Source: a virus
Lineage: Duplodnaviria > Caudoviricetes
Length of the DNA: 64,000 nt
Virus record (IMG/VR): IMGVR_UViG_2930438282_000003
Coordinates: 46,358 to 110,357 of that record
Direction: 5' to 3' (one strand)
In this document: piece by piece, positions 19,412 through 29,258 of the stretch
How positions within the stretch are numbered: position 1 is the first letter of the stretch
How the letters are laid out: each line of letters starts with the position of its first letter
The notes under the pieces: model-generated
What the model saw: only the letters and a program-made list of their open reading frames with translations
What the model was told of the DNA's origin: nothing
Database searches by the model: none
Position numbers and translations under genes: made by a program

Positions 19412-22300
19412 ATGGCTGCATGCTGCGGAGCACCGCGCTGCAACTGCCGCGTCACCGCCGGCCCGGGCGTCACCGTGGACGGCAACGGTTCCGCGGCGAC
19501 CCCGTACGTCATCTCTGCCGACTCAACAACACCGACTGCGGTCCAGGCCGCCGACACCGCGACCGTGGACACCACCGTCGCAGGGAGCGGAACGACGGCC
19601 GATCCGTACATCGTCAGCTCGGACGTCATCCTCGACCCTGCGCCGCCCGGAGGCGGCAGCAACCTCCTCCAGCCCGGCGCGGACGGCCTGTACGTCGAGT
19701 GCGCTGACGTCCGGACGTGCTTCTCGGCCGGGGACGGCGCCACCTACGACCCGGCCACCGGGGAGTTCGCAGCCCGTCCCTCGACGGATGCCGGGAACCT
19801 CGTCACCTTCGGCACCGACGGCGGACTCCTGGCGACCGCCACGGCTGCCGACCCGACCGCGGTCGACGGAGGGGACACCCCGACCGCGCACACCAGCGTG
19901 ACCGGCACCGGCACAGCCGGGGACCCGTACGTCGTCACCACAGACGTCGTCCTGGACCCTGCCCCACCCGGTGGGGGAAGCAACCTCGCGCATGCCGGGG
20001 CTGACGGCCTGTACGTCGAGTGCGCCGACGTCCGGTCCTGCCTGTCCGCCGGGGACGGCATCACCTACGACCCCGCGACCGGTGAGATCGCCGCGAACAT
20101 CTCCGGCGACGCCGACAACACCACGGTGATCGGCACAGACGGCGGGATCTACACCCCTGCCGCCTCGACCGCCGTCCAGGCAGGCGACACCGACACGGTC
20201 GACGTCACCGTGGAGGGCACCGGCACCGCGGCCGACCCGTACGTGGTCAGCTCCGACGTCAAGCTCGACTCCAACCCGCCGCAGGGCGGCACGAACCTGA
20301 TCGGCTCCGGTCCCGACGGCCTGTTCGTCGAGTGCGCCGATGTCCGGACGTGCTTTACGGCTGGCGACGGCGCCACCTACGACCCAGTCACAGGGGAGAT
20401 CGGCGCACACGTCTCCACCGACTCGGGTAACCAGGTCACGATCGGCAGCGACGGCGGCCTCTACGCGGCAGGCGGAGGAGGTGGCACGACCACCGTTGTC
20501 ACGGCCGGGGACACCCCGACGGCGAACAACACCGTGAGCGGCACCGGCACCTCCGGGGACCCGTACGTCGTCAGTACGGACGTCGTCCTGGACTCGGCCC
20601 CGCCCGGCGGTGGCTCCAACCTGCTGCAGTCCGGTACCGAGGGCCTGTTCGTGGAGTGCGCGGACGTCCGGACGTGCTTCACAGCTGGCGACGGCGCCAC
20701 CTACGACCCGTCGACCGGCGAGATCGGCGCGAACATTTCCGGCGACACCGGCAACACCACGGTGATCGGGACGGACGGCGGGATCTACACCCCAGCCGCC
20801 GCGACGGTACTCGAGGCCGCCGACACTCCGACCGTCGACGTCACTGTGAGCGGCACGGGCAGCACCGCTGACCCGTACCAGGTGGCCGCTGCCGTCATCC
20901 TCGACCCGACGCCTCCGCAGGGCGGCACGAACCTTCTGCAGGCGGGCCCCGAGGGGCTGTTCGTGGAATGCGCCGACGTGCGCGGCTGCCTCACGGCGGT
21001 GGACGGCATCGCCTACGACCCTGCCACCGGGGAAATCGAGGCGCGCCCGTCGACCGATGCAGGCAACATCGTCACCTTCGGGACGGACGGCGGCCTCTAC
21101 GCCACTGGGGGAGGCGGGACGGCCACGGTCGTGCAGGCCGGAGACACCCCGACGGCGAACAACACCGTGAGCGGCACCGGCACCTCTGGGGACCCGTACG
21201 TCGTCAGCACGGACGTCGTCCTGGACCCCGCCCCACCCGGCGGTGGCTCCAACCTGCTGCAGTCCGGTGCCGACGGCCTGTTCGTGGAATGTGCCGACGT
21301 GCGCAGCTGCCTCACAGCCGGGATCGGCATCACCTACGACCCGGCCACCGGCGAGATCGCCGCGAACATCTCGACCGATGCCGGGAACACCACGGTGATC
21401 GGCACGGACGGCGGCCTCTACACCCCGGCCGGCTCAACTGCCCTCGTGTCCGCCGACACGAGCACCATCGACACCACCATCACCGGCAATGGCACGGCCG
21501 GGGACCCGTACACGATCGAGGCCGACGTGATCGTGGCGCCGGACCCGAACGGCGTGGAGGTGGCCGCGAACGGCCTCCTCGTCGCCCCGTCGGCCGACGC
21601 CGGTAACCAGCTCGCGTTCGGCGCCGACGGCCGCCTGTTCGTCCCGGAGGACCCGCCGCTGGAGATCGGCTGCGGTCTCCAGGGCGACGGCACGGCTGCT
21701 GCCCCGCTCGCCGCGTTCCCGATCGCCGGGCTGACCGCGTGGGCAGACAGCTGGGCCTGCACCGACACCGACCACTCCACGCTCAAGTGCGACCCCGACA
21801 CGGGCGCCCTGTGGACGCCGCCAGAGCACTTCTCGGCCGCCGACCACCTGTACCAAGAGCACATGAACCCGGTCGTGGCCAACCAGGGCCCGACGGGAGG
21901 CTGGGCGTTCCTCCAGCCGGGCGGCGCCGCCGCGGTCCTCTCGTTCAACGTGCCGGGCAACTTCCTGGGCAACCAGTGCCGCAAGTGGTCCTACTCGTCG
22001 CACTGCCACGGCTCCATCGACATCAGCTACAGCTCCACGGCGACGTTCCAGGTCGGCTACATCTACCAGGAGAACGGCGCCGCGCTGCAGATCCGCCCCC
22101 TGTGGGGCATCCTCACGGCGGCCGGATCTGCCCGCCGAGAGCGGTACTCGGGCAGCACCGCCGAGACCGCCTTCGACGTTCTCCCGGCCAACGGCGTCAC
22201 CCTGAACTACTTCGCAGCGATCAACGTCACCGCCGGGACGATCACGATCAACAGCTGGACGTCCGACGGCACGATCCACACCACCACGCAGTCCAGCTAG
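19412..22300 (+). CDS. Tandem-repeat fibre-like protein (about 6.5 x ~100 aa)
   Basis: AAGGAG RBS before ATG 19412 (MAACCG). Repeats GTGT..DPY..LDPAPPGGGSNLL..GLFVECADVR.C..GDG.TYDP.TGEI. Confidence 0.85.
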   Translation: MAACCGAPRCNCRVTAGPGVTVDGNGSAATPYVISADSTTPTAVQAADTATVDTTVAGSGTTADPYIVSSDVILDPAPPGGGSNLLQPGADGLYVECADVRTCFSAGDGATYDPATGEFAARPSTDAGNLVTFGTDGGLLATATAADPTAVDGGDTPTAHTSVTGTGTAGDPYVVTTDVVLDPAPPGGGSNLAHAGADGLYVECADVRSCLSAGDGITYDPATGEIAANISGDADNTTVIGTDGGIYTPAASTAVQAGDTDTVDVTVEGTGTAADPYVVSSDVKLDSNPPQGGTNLIGSGPDGLFVECADVRTCFTAGDGATYDPVTGEIGAHVSTDSGNQVTIGSDGGLYAAGGGGGTTTVVTAGDTPTANNTVSGTGTSGDPYVVSTDVVLDSAPPGGGSNLLQSGTEGLFVECADVRTCFTAGDGATYDPSTGEIGANISGDTGNTTVIGTDGGIYTPAAATVLEAADTPTVDVTVSGTGSTADPYQVAAAVILDPTPPQGGTNLLQAGPEGLFVECADVRGCLTAVDGIAYDPATGEIEARPSTDAGNIVTFGTDGGLYATGGGGTATVVQAGDTPTANNTVSGTGTSGDPYVVSTDVVLDPAPPGGGSNLLQSGADGLFVECADVRSCLTAGIGITYDPATGEIAANISTDAGNTTVIGTDGGLYTPAGSTALVSADTSTIDTTITGNGTAGDPYTIEADVIVAPDPNGVEVAANGLLVAPSADAGNQLAFGADGRLFVPEDPPLEIGCGLQGDGTAAAPLAAFPIAGLTAWADSWACTDTDHSTLKCDPDTGALWTPPEHFSAADHLYQEHMNPVVANQGPTGGWAFLQPGGAAAVLSFNVPGNFLGNQCRKWSYSSHCHGSIDISYSSTATFQVGYIYQENGAALQIRPLWGILTAAGSARRERYSGSTAETAFDVLPANGVTLNYFAAINVTAGTITINSWTSDGTIHTTTQSS

Positions 22301-22313
22301 GGAGGACACCCCC

Positions 22314-22586
22314 ATGCCGCGCTACTACGTTTCCCCCGACGGTGGTTCCTTCCTCACCGCCTCTGGTGGCCCGTTCTCCACGCCACCCGAGGGCTGGTCG
22401 GAGATCACGCCCGAGGACTACGAGACCCGCATCGAGGCCGCCCGCCAGGAGGCAGAGGCACGTTCGGCCGAGTTCCTCGCCAACGACGGAGCCCTGCCGT
22501 CGCAGGACGGCGAGGAGCGGCCACCGTCTGTCGCCCCGATTTCCGAACTGCGCAAGCTGCTCGACGAGGCCAAAGCTGGAAGGTAG
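22314..22586 (+). CDS. Small fibre-associated/chaperone-like protein
   Basis: GGGAGG RBS. EITPEDY motif similar to LITEGEY in 43915..44280, which also follows a fibre gene. Confidence 0.65.
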   Translation: MPRYYVSPDGGSFLTASGGPFSTPPEGWSEITPEDYETRIEAARQEAEARSAEFLANDGALPSQDGEERPPSVAPISELRKLLDEAKAGR

Positions 22587-22695
22587 CAAGTCCACTTCGT
22601 TGCCTGTACGTGATTGACCTTTGGTCAGTTCGGTGTGCAGGCTAAGCCGCCCCCTCCACATCTTCCCATTCGCATCTCGAAGATGGACCTACCCC

Positions 22696-23388
22696 ATGCG
22701 TAACCTCATCCGCGCCGGCGCGCTGACCGCCGGCGTTTCGACCGCACTGCTCCTCGGGCCGGTCGCGCACGCCACCGCTCCCGGGGACAACGGGACGGTG
22801 AAGATCCACGACGCCAAGACCGGCGAAGAGCTGCGCCGCAACGAGCCGCACGTCTGCACGTTCTACCTCGACGCCTTCGGTTTCGACGCGGTCCAGGAGG
22901 TCGACTGGCACATCGAAACCTGGGCGCCGACCGCTGCCACCAAGGGCGACACCGTGAAGTCCGGGGCCATCACCCTGGATGGCAAGGGCCACGGCCGTAC
23001 GGCGGACCTGTCGCTGCCCGACGGTCACTACAAGCTGTTCTGGAACTTCAACGGCGAGAACGGGGACGCCAAGCAGAAGGTGTTCTGGACCGACTGCAAG
23101 GGCTCCGAGGGCGGTGGTGGCGGCACGACACCGACCACCCCGGGGTCGCCCTCCTCGTCGGAGTCAACCTCTCCGTCCGGTTCTTCGGGTGCGACCGACG
23201 AGCCAAGCGCCTCCTCGAGTGGCGAAGCGGCCCCAACAGCCGCTGCCCCTCCGTCCCCGCAGGGCGGCGGTGATCTGGCCGAGACCGGTAGCAGCGCCCC
23301 GGTAGGCCTGCTGTCGGGCGTCGCGGCGGCGCTAGTGGCCGCGGGCGGTTACATGGTGCTGCGGCGTCGCAAGGCCTCCCGAAGCTGA
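22696..23388 (+). CDS. Sortase-anchored (LAETG) surface protein (cargo)
   Basis: Signal peptide, Ser/Thr/Pro linker, LAETG, TM helix, RRRK tail. Confidence 0.85.
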   Translation: MRNLIRAGALTAGVSTALLLGPVAHATAPGDNGTVKIHDAKTGEELRRNEPHVCTFYLDAFGFDAVQEVDWHIETWAPTAATKGDTVKSGAITLDGKGHGRTADLSLPDGHYKLFWNFNGENGDAKQKVFWTDCKGSEGGGGGTTPTTPGSPSSSESTSPSGSSGATDEPSASSSGEAAPTAAAPPSPQGGGDLAETGSSAPVGLLSGVAAALVAAGGYMVLRRRKASRS

Positions 23389-23425
23389 GTCACGTCCTAC
23401 GTGAAGGTCCTTTGACGTGCTGCCA

Positions 23426-23454
23426 GGACATTCAGCGCGGTCGGCTGAATGTCC
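23426..23454. terminator. Bidirectional hairpin between convergent genes
   Basis: GGACATTCAGC / GCTGAATGTCC. Confidence 0.6.
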
Positions 23455-23469
23455 CGGCGGTCAGCACGG

Positions 23470-23985
23470 TCAGCCGATTCCGGTGACCTGCAGGGCCGTC
23501 GTCCAGTTGCTCTTGATGGCACTGCGGGCAGCGGACAGGGTGACGGTGCCGGCGCAGACGGCGTTCTTCAGCTTCGTCTCCACGCCGTCCTTGGAGTAAG
23601 CGGTCTGGGAGCCGGAGTACGGCTCGGGCCACAGGTTCCCGGTGGCACGAGGCGCGCCGCCGAGTTCCAGGGGGACGAGGTGGTCTTCCTCGTAGTCCGC
23701 CATGTTGGTGTCGGAGTAGCCGTAGTCAATGATGCCCTGGGCCTTGAGAGGGTTGGTGTAAGACGTCGGGGGGCGCACGGTGGCGGTCCAGCCGGACACG
23801 CAGATGGTGCTGTGGATGTTCGACTGGGTGACGTCCGGGTTGTAGGCGCCGGGCGTGCAGGAAGAGTCGGGCAGCGGCAGACGGGCGTGGGAGCAGGTCG
23901 AGGCCTGGGCGGTTCCGGCCGTGGCGGTGATCAGACCGGCGGCTCCGAGAGCCAGGACGCTGATGGTGGCGGTGAAGCGACGCAT
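23470..23985 (-). CDS. Secreted HNH-like (His-Me finger) protein (cargo)
   Basis: Signal peptide. YEEDHLVPLELGG...NLWPE motif. Confidence 0.75.
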   Translation of the reverse strand: MRRFTATISVLALGAAGLITATAGTAQASTCSHARLPLPDSSCTPGAYNPDVTQSNIHSTICVSGWTATVRPPTSYTNPLKAQGIIDYGYSDTNMADYEEDHLVPLELGGAPRATGNLWPEPYSGSQTAYSKDGVETKLKNAVCAGTVTLSAARSAIKSNWTTALQVTGIG

Positions 23986-24258
23986 AGGGGTTCTCCCGCA
24001 GGGTCGGCCCGGACAGTGGGGCGCCGGGCGGCTGACGGCATGACACCACTACCCCGGTCTATGCGAGTAGACCCGGCGGGTGAATAACAGGCGACCTGCG
24101 CAATCCTTACCCCTGCCTGACCAAGGCTTTCCGAAGTGCCCTGTTTCGCCGACGAGTTGTGCAGCATTTCAACGGCCGAGAATGAATGCGGCCCTGGTTG
24201 CGACGGTCGGCGGCGAACCGTTGCATCTGAGCTCGACAAACTTCCCCAGATGCGACAC

Positions 24259-24338
24259 TAGAATCCGTACTAGGTAAGCCGCTGGTTCTGGGCCGGGCTC
24301 CCCACCACGTTTCACGCTGCTGGTTGTGGGCCGAGGCG
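24259..24338 (+). promoter_or_regulatory. Late element 3 (tandem): -10 TAGAAT + two hairpin copies
   Basis: Cores at 24281 (agcc..ggct flanks) and 24319 (cgct..aggcg flanks). Confidence 0.8.
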
Positions 24339-24361
24339 ACACCTTGGTGTTGGAGGGCCCC

Positions 24362-25057
24362 ATGAGCTGTCCCCTGATCAGCAACCTGGACACCGTCCGC
24401 GTGACCCGGCTGGACTCTTGCGGTCGCCCGGTCTGCGGCGAGGACAACGGCTTCGTCTTCGACTGCCTGGCGTCCATCGCGATGAACCCCAATGTCGACG
24501 AGGGCGACGACATCTCGTACAAGGCCGCCAACGGGCGGCAGTGCGGGTTCCGCAAGGGCTGCCCGACGTTCAACGGCTACGACCTGGAGATCAACTTCTT
24601 TTCGGTGTCGCCCGAGTTCATTGAGATCACGACCGGCAACCCGGTCGTGTTCGGCTTCGACGGCAAGCCGATCGGCTACGACGACTGCTCCGTGCAGTGC
24701 CGCACCGGTTTCGCCCTGGAGTTCTGGGCGGACGCCCTCGGCGAGGACGTCTGTGAGGCCGAAGGCACCGGCGGGGCCTGGCTGTATTACCTGATCCCCT
24801 GGGTGACCAACGGCCTGCTCGGCGACCTGGAGATCGGCAGCGAGGCCGTCACGCTCCAGCTGACCGGTGCCAGCCGCTCCGGTGGCGGCTGGGGCACGGG
24901 CCCGTACGACGTGATGCCGACCGACATGGCCGGAACCCCCGGCAAGATGCTCACCCCGGTCGGATCGTCCTGCCACCGACGCTACTTCCTCACGTCGGTA
25001 CCGCCGCCCGAGCCGGTCTGCGACTACACGCCGGTTCTCTGCTCGACATCGCCGTGA
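24362..25057 (+). CDS. Major tail (tube) protein
   Basis: GGAGG RBS. VRVTRLDSCGRPV N-terminus recalled from actinophage tail tubes. WGTGPYDV motif. Confidence 0.7.
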   Translation: MSCPLISNLDTVRVTRLDSCGRPVCGEDNGFVFDCLASIAMNPNVDEGDDISYKAANGRQCGFRKGCPTFNGYDLEINFFSVSPEFIEITTGNPVVFGFDGKPIGYDDCSVQCRTGFALEFWADALGEDVCEAEGTGGAWLYYLIPWVTNGLLGDLEIGSEAVTLQLTGASRSGGGWGTGPYDVMPTDMAGTPGKMLTPVGSSCHRRYFLTSVPPPEPVCDYTPVLCSTSP

Positions 25058-25770
25058 CCGTGGAACTCCCGGACATCGTTGTGCCGGTGCGTGAGGGGGC
25101 CGTCAACCAGCAGCTCAGGTACGCCCTGCGCTCCTGGGAGGCGAACCTCCCGCACCGGCGCGTGTGGATCATCGGCTACCGGCCGCAATGGCTCGGTGGT
25201 GTCGGCTTCATCCCGACCCGGCAGGCCGGCCGGACGAAGTACGCCAACACCACGCTGGCGATGCGGCACGCCTGCAGGAGCACGGAGATCTCCGACCCGT
25301 TCCTGTACGCCAACGACGACATGTTCGTCATGGAGCCCCTCGAGTCCATGCCGGTCCTGCACCGGGGGCCGGTCCGCGAGGTGGAGGAGTACTACGCGGC
25401 CTGGGCCTCCGGGTCGTACCTGCGGGGCATGCGGGAGACCCGCGACCTCCTCGTCCAGTACGGGCACGAGGACCCGCTCTCGTACGAACTCCACGTCCCG
25501 CTCCTCGTCGACAAGCCGGGCATGCTCCACGCCCTGGAGAGCGGCCGCCGCCTGGACGTGCTCCACAAGCGCACGGCCTACGGGAACCTCGCCCAGGTCG
25601 GCGGGGAGCGGATCGCCGACGTGAAGGTCCTGCACCGCGGGCCCCGCTTCGACAGGTCAACGCCGTTCCTGTCGACCATGCCCGACAGCTTCACCAACGG
25701 CGAGGTCGGGCGCCTGATCCGCACCTCGTTCCCGAAGGCCTCCAGATACGAGACGACTCGGAGGCGCTGA
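25054..25770 (+). CDS. Stealth-like sugar-phosphotransferase / glycosyltransferase
   Basis: LRYALRSWEANLPHRRVWIIGYRPQWL and FLYANDD resemble Stealth conserved region 2. Coupled on both sides. Confidence 0.6.
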   Translation: MTVELPDIVVPVREGAVNQQLRYALRSWEANLPHRRVWIIGYRPQWLGGVGFIPTRQAGRTKYANTTLAMRHACRSTEISDPFLYANDDMFVMEPLESMPVLHRGPVREVEEYYAAWASGSYLRGMRETRDLLVQYGHEDPLSYELHVPLLVDKPGMLHALESGRRLDVLHKRTAYGNLAQVGGERIADVKVLHRGPRFDRSTPFLSTMPDSFTNGEVGRLIRTSFPKASRYETTRRR

Positions 25771-26576
25771 TGCCACTCCAGACAGGCCCGTGCGAACCCT
25801 GGGGCCCCTTGGAACTGTGCTGCGACGTCGCCGACGTCGACGAGGCGGTCATCGATCGGTGGCACCGCGTCGCCTCACAGATCCTCTTTGCCCTGTCCGG
25901 CCGACGCTATGGCCCGTGCCCGGTCACGGTGCGGCCGTGCCGCCGGGCCTGTCTGGAGTCCGCCCCGGTCTCCTTCCAGGCTGGCGTGGGGACGGGCCCG
26001 TGGATCCCGTACATCGGTGTCGACGGGCAGTGGCGCAACGCGTCGGTGTGCGGCTGCCGATCCGACTGCTCTTGCGGGGAGCTGTGCGAGGTACAGCTGC
26101 CCGGGCCGGTCTTCGACGTGACCGAGGTAAGCGTCGACGGCCAGGTCCTCGACCCCGAGCAGTACCGCGTCGACGCCCCGAACAAGCTGGTGCGAGTCGG
26201 TGGCGGCTGCTGGCCGGACTGCCAGGACATGGCCGCCATGCCCGGCGAACCAGACACCTTCGTCGTCACGTACCGGCTGGGCCTGCCCCTCGACGAGGCG
26301 GCGATCGCAGCCGTCAGCGAGCTGACCTGTCACCTCTTGAAGGGCTGCGGCGGAGGCTCGTGCGGCTGCAAGGCCACCCCGCGCGCCGCCACCCGCTTCA
26401 TCCGGCAAGGCGTCGAGCTGGACTTCACCGACCCGGCCGTCATGTACAAGGAAGGCCGCACCGGCCTTCCGCTCACAGACCTGTGGTTGATGACCACCAA
26501 TCCCTACCGGCTTGCGTCGCCGTCCCGTGTGTACTCGCCAGACTGGAAGCCACCCAGGACGACGACATGGCCCTGA
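25770..26576 (+). CDS. Head-tail adaptor-like protein (Cys-rich)
   Basis: ASQILFALSGRRYG, RQGV and TGLPLTDLWL..NPY..VYSPD motifs. TGATG coupling. Confidence 0.7.
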   Translation: MPLQTGPCEPWGPLELCCDVADVDEAVIDRWHRVASQILFALSGRRYGPCPVTVRPCRRACLESAPVSFQAGVGTGPWIPYIGVDGQWRNASVCGCRSDCSCGELCEVQLPGPVFDVTEVSVDGQVLDPEQYRVDAPNKLVRVGGGCWPDCQDMAAMPGEPDTFVVTYRLGLPLDEAAIAAVSELTCHLLKGCGGGSCGCKATPRAATRFIRQGVELDFTDPAVMYKEGRTGLPLTDLWLMTTNPYRLASPSRVYSPDWKPPRTTTWP

Positions 26577-26578
26577 CT

Positions 26579-27319
26579 TCAGCTCAGGTGGGCCCAGCGC
26601 TTCCCGTTCACGATCATGGACAGGAGCGCGCGGCTCACGCCGTGCTCGGCTGCGAGGGCTTTCTGCGTGACGTCCCTCGCCGCCCACCGCTCCCTGATGG
26701 TGCGCACCTGCCTTTCCGTCAGGACAGCGCTGGTGCACTCCTCGCCACGGCGCGGCTTGATGACCAAGCGTCCAGCCTGGACGGCGTCCAGCCTGTTTTG
26801 CGCCTTGTCACCCAGGTAGAGATGCCGGATGTTGATGCATCCGTGCGCGCCCGACCCGCCATTGCAGCGGTGCAAGACGTGCGCCTCTCCGGGGTCGCCG
26901 TGTCGGATGATCCACACGACTCGCGAGGCGAACATGATCTTGCCTTCGAACGGGACGCTGGGACGGATGGCGTACCCGTCGAGGAACACGCACTCGTCGG
27001 TGGTGGCGTAGGCGGCGGCTCGGAGGTCGTTGACCAGGGTGCGCTTGGCGCGCGTTGCGGTGATCAGTGGATCTCCGTGGATCCGGCCACGCCTGAAGTG
27101 CATGTTGCACATCCCCCGTGCGACGTGGGCCTTGGTGCACTTGGCTCCGCGCTCGACCACTGTGCATTTGCCGTCAACGGGCGGCTTGGAGAGGCGCTGT
27201 CGTCCCGCTGGATCCTTCCCCGGGTTCTTCTGCGACCACTGCCAGCAGGCGGAGCAGAGGCTCCGTCGAAGGCGTCCGGTGTTGGTGCAGTCAGAGACGC
27301 TGCACGTACCCTGTGGCAA
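26579..27319 (-). CDS. Freestanding HNH homing endonuclease
   Basis: HVLHRC..GCINIRHLYLG..QN motif. Two N-terminal Zn modules and a C-terminal HTH. AGGAG RBS before TTG. Confidence 0.85.
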   Translation of the reverse strand: MPQGTCSVSDCTNTGRLRRSLCSACWQWSQKNPGKDPAGRQRLSKPPVDGKCTVVERGAKCTKAHVARGMCNMHFRRGRIHGDPLITATRAKRTLVNDLRAAAYATTDECVFLDGYAIRPSVPFEGKIMFASRVVWIIRHGDPGEAHVLHRCNGGSGAHGCINIRHLYLGDKAQNRLDAVQAGRLVIKPRRGEECTSAVLTERQVRTIRERWAARDVTQKALAAEHGVSRALLSMIVNGKRWAHLS

Positions 27320-27416
27320 GTCGACTCCTACTCAGTCGGCGTGACCCCCGGGCTGGCGCCCATCGCCGCCTGGGGGTCGGTGCGTTACACCCCAAATCGT
27401 ACGGAAGGGGTGTGAC

Positions 27417-27998
27417 ATGGCTCTGAGTCTGGATGCCGTCCACGGGACGGCCGAGAAGATCCTGGCCTGTGTCTGCGCGACGCTCGCGGAGACTTCGGCG
27501 AAGGACCCGGATCAGCCGGGCTGCCCGGACTGCACGACGTGCGTGGTGCCGGGCACGCCGGCGTGGGACAACTGCACCGGCGACTGCTCGGGCGCCCAGA
27601 CGCCAGGCCAGCTCACCGTCAACCTGGCCCGGCTCACCCCGACGTCCTCGTTCCCGAACGAGTCCCGCGACGTCATCGGAAGCCGGAACTGCCAGCCCGT
27701 CAGGACCTCAGCGGAGTACGTCATCACGCTGCTGCGGTGCGCGCCGACCTATAACGAGCAGGGCTGCCCGCCCACCTGCGAGGAGCAGGCGGCAGCCGCG
27801 CGGATCCTCCACACGGACGCGGCGTCGATCTGGAATGCCGTGATGTGCTGCTTCCCGGAGACGAGCGACGCGCGGCGCGGCCAGCAGTTCGTGATGGGCC
27901 AGCAGCGCGTCGTCGGCCCCGAGGGGCAGTGCGTCGGCATCGAGCAGCGGCTGACGGTGCTGCTGCCTTCCTGCGGATGCCCGGAGGAGTCGTCGTGA
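27417..27998 (+). CDS. Tail completion/terminator-like protein (Cys-rich)
   Basis: Position. AWDNC, ITLLRCAP and GPEGQCVG motifs. Confidence 0.65.
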   Translation: MALSLDAVHGTAEKILACVCATLAETSAKDPDQPGCPDCTTCVVPGTPAWDNCTGDCSGAQTPGQLTVNLARLTPTSSFPNESRDVIGSRNCQPVRTSAEYVITLLRCAPTYNEQGCPPTCEEQAAAARILHTDAASIWNAVMCCFPETSDARRGQQFVMGQQRVVGPEGQCVGIEQRLTVLLPSCGCPEESS

Positions 27999-28372
27999 GC
28001 GTCGACGTGCGGATCGAGCAAGGCCGGCTGTCACGGTTCCTGCGACTGCGCGGCGGCATCGTGGAACGCCGGCTCGCCACGCGTACGGCCCGGGTCGCCG
28101 ACTATGCCCGAGCCGAAGCCCCCGGGCACATGGGCGAGTACGTCGACTGGCACATCACCGAAGGTGCCCGCGGCCTGGAGGGTGTCATCACCTGCGATCA
28201 CCCTGCGGTCCGATTCGTCATCGAGGGCACCCGCCCCCACATCATCCGTCCCCGAAGTGCCAAGGCCCTGCGTTTCGAGGTCGACGGCCAGGTGGTGTAT
28301 TCGGCGCTCGTCCGGCACCCAGGGACGAGGGCGAATAATTTCCTGGCGAGGGCACTCCGCCTTGGGCGTTGA
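27995..28372 (+). CDS. Head-tail/neck protein
   Basis: GTGA overlap. EGTRPHIIRP..KALRF..HPGTRANNFL motif typical of phage neck proteins. Confidence 0.7.
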   Translation: MSVDVRIEQGRLSRFLRLRGGIVERRLATRTARVADYARAEAPGHMGEYVDWHITEGARGLEGVITCDHPAVRFVIEGTRPHIIRPRSAKALRFEVDGQVVYSALVRHPGTRANNFLARALRLGR

Positions 28373-29123
28373 GATCTCTATACGCGGCCATCACAAACTC
28401 CGCACGGGCCGCCGTGAGGGACGTGCTCACTTGCGTCATGTTAATCGGTTGAATCGTCATGGCCACGATTGAGCCGATGTAATCGGCATCCAGCCCAGAG
28501 ACTAGCGACAGTGCCTGCTGCGCATCACGCTTGGCTTCTTCCACTTCGGGGGGCAGTTCGGACCCCTGGTCAAACTGACCACGGGCAACCACCCGAAGAC
28601 GGTTGATGGAGACACGGACGTGTGTGACGAGCGAGTGCTCCGCCTCGCTTGCCCATCGATCAAAGATGCTATGCGCGCGTTGATATTCTGACCACTTAAC
28701 CTTGTCTGTGGCGTACTGCACTACTGCCGATAGCAAATCGACAGCAGGGCCATACAGGTCGGCCGATTCGAGGCGCACGACCCAGCACGCAATCTCTGCC
28801 CGTAAGAGCGTTTCTTTTAGCGTCGACTCGGCCTCCCGAATGGTTTCATCTGCCGTGGACGATTCCTCTGTCGGCAGAGTGAGCCGTTCTATGTTCGACG
28901 TGACAACCAAGTACTCCACGTACGCGTCCCGCCGAACAGTGCGACGCCATTGATCAAGGTTGGCAGCTGCCGTTGCCTCCGCAGCGTCGACGGCCGCCCG
29001 ATACGTCGACTCCGCTGTACGTATCCCCGCCTTCATCTGCCAACGACCGACGACCATCGCTGCCGGTATGCCGAATAACGTGACCGCCGCTGCCGATACC
29101 GCTCCGATGCCCGCTAGATCCAC
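28242..29123 (-). CDS. Lower-GC membrane-anchored hypothetical protein (cargo)
   Basis: N-terminal TM, then a helical QWRRTVRRDAYVEYL domain. Its 3' end runs into the neck gene. Confidence 0.6.
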   Translation of the reverse strand: MDLAGIGAVSAAAVTLFGIPAAMVVGRWQMKAGIRTAESTYRAAVDAAEATAAANLDQWRRTVRRDAYVEYLVVTSNIERLTLPTEESSTADETIREAESTLKETLLRAEIACWVVRLESADLYGPAVDLLSAVVQYATDKVKWSEYQRAHSIFDRWASEAEHSLVTHVRVSINRLRVVARGQFDQGSELPPEVEEAKRDAQQALSLVSGLDADYIGSIVAMTIQPINMTQVSTSLTAARAEFVMAAYRDLNAQGGVPSPGNYSPSSLGAGRAPNTPPGRRPRNAGPWHFGDG

Positions 29124-29194
29124 GGTCGCATCCTGCCGTACTACTAGCTGTGTCGTGAGCCTTCCTGGCAAGGTCTCCAGACACGGCTTGCAGC

Positions 29195-29233
29195 TACTCT
29201 TGCTCGGCACGCCGCTGGTTTTGGGCCGGGCGT
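29195..29233 (+). promoter_or_regulatory. Late element 4: -10 TACTCT + acgcc-GCTGGTTTTGGGCCG-ggcgt
   Basis: Repeated motif, core at 29214. Confidence 0.8.
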
Positions 29234-29258
29234 TCGCGCGGGAGACAAGGGCACGCCC

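Noticed and set aside
9416-22300. Diversity-generating retroelement acting on the fibre repeats
   Set aside because: No reverse transcriptase in the window, and I saw no adenine-specific TR/VR pair. Differences look like ordinary divergence.
25790-27415. 541-aa + strand ORF
   Set aside because: Shadow frame of the adaptor gene and the antisense of the HNH gene.
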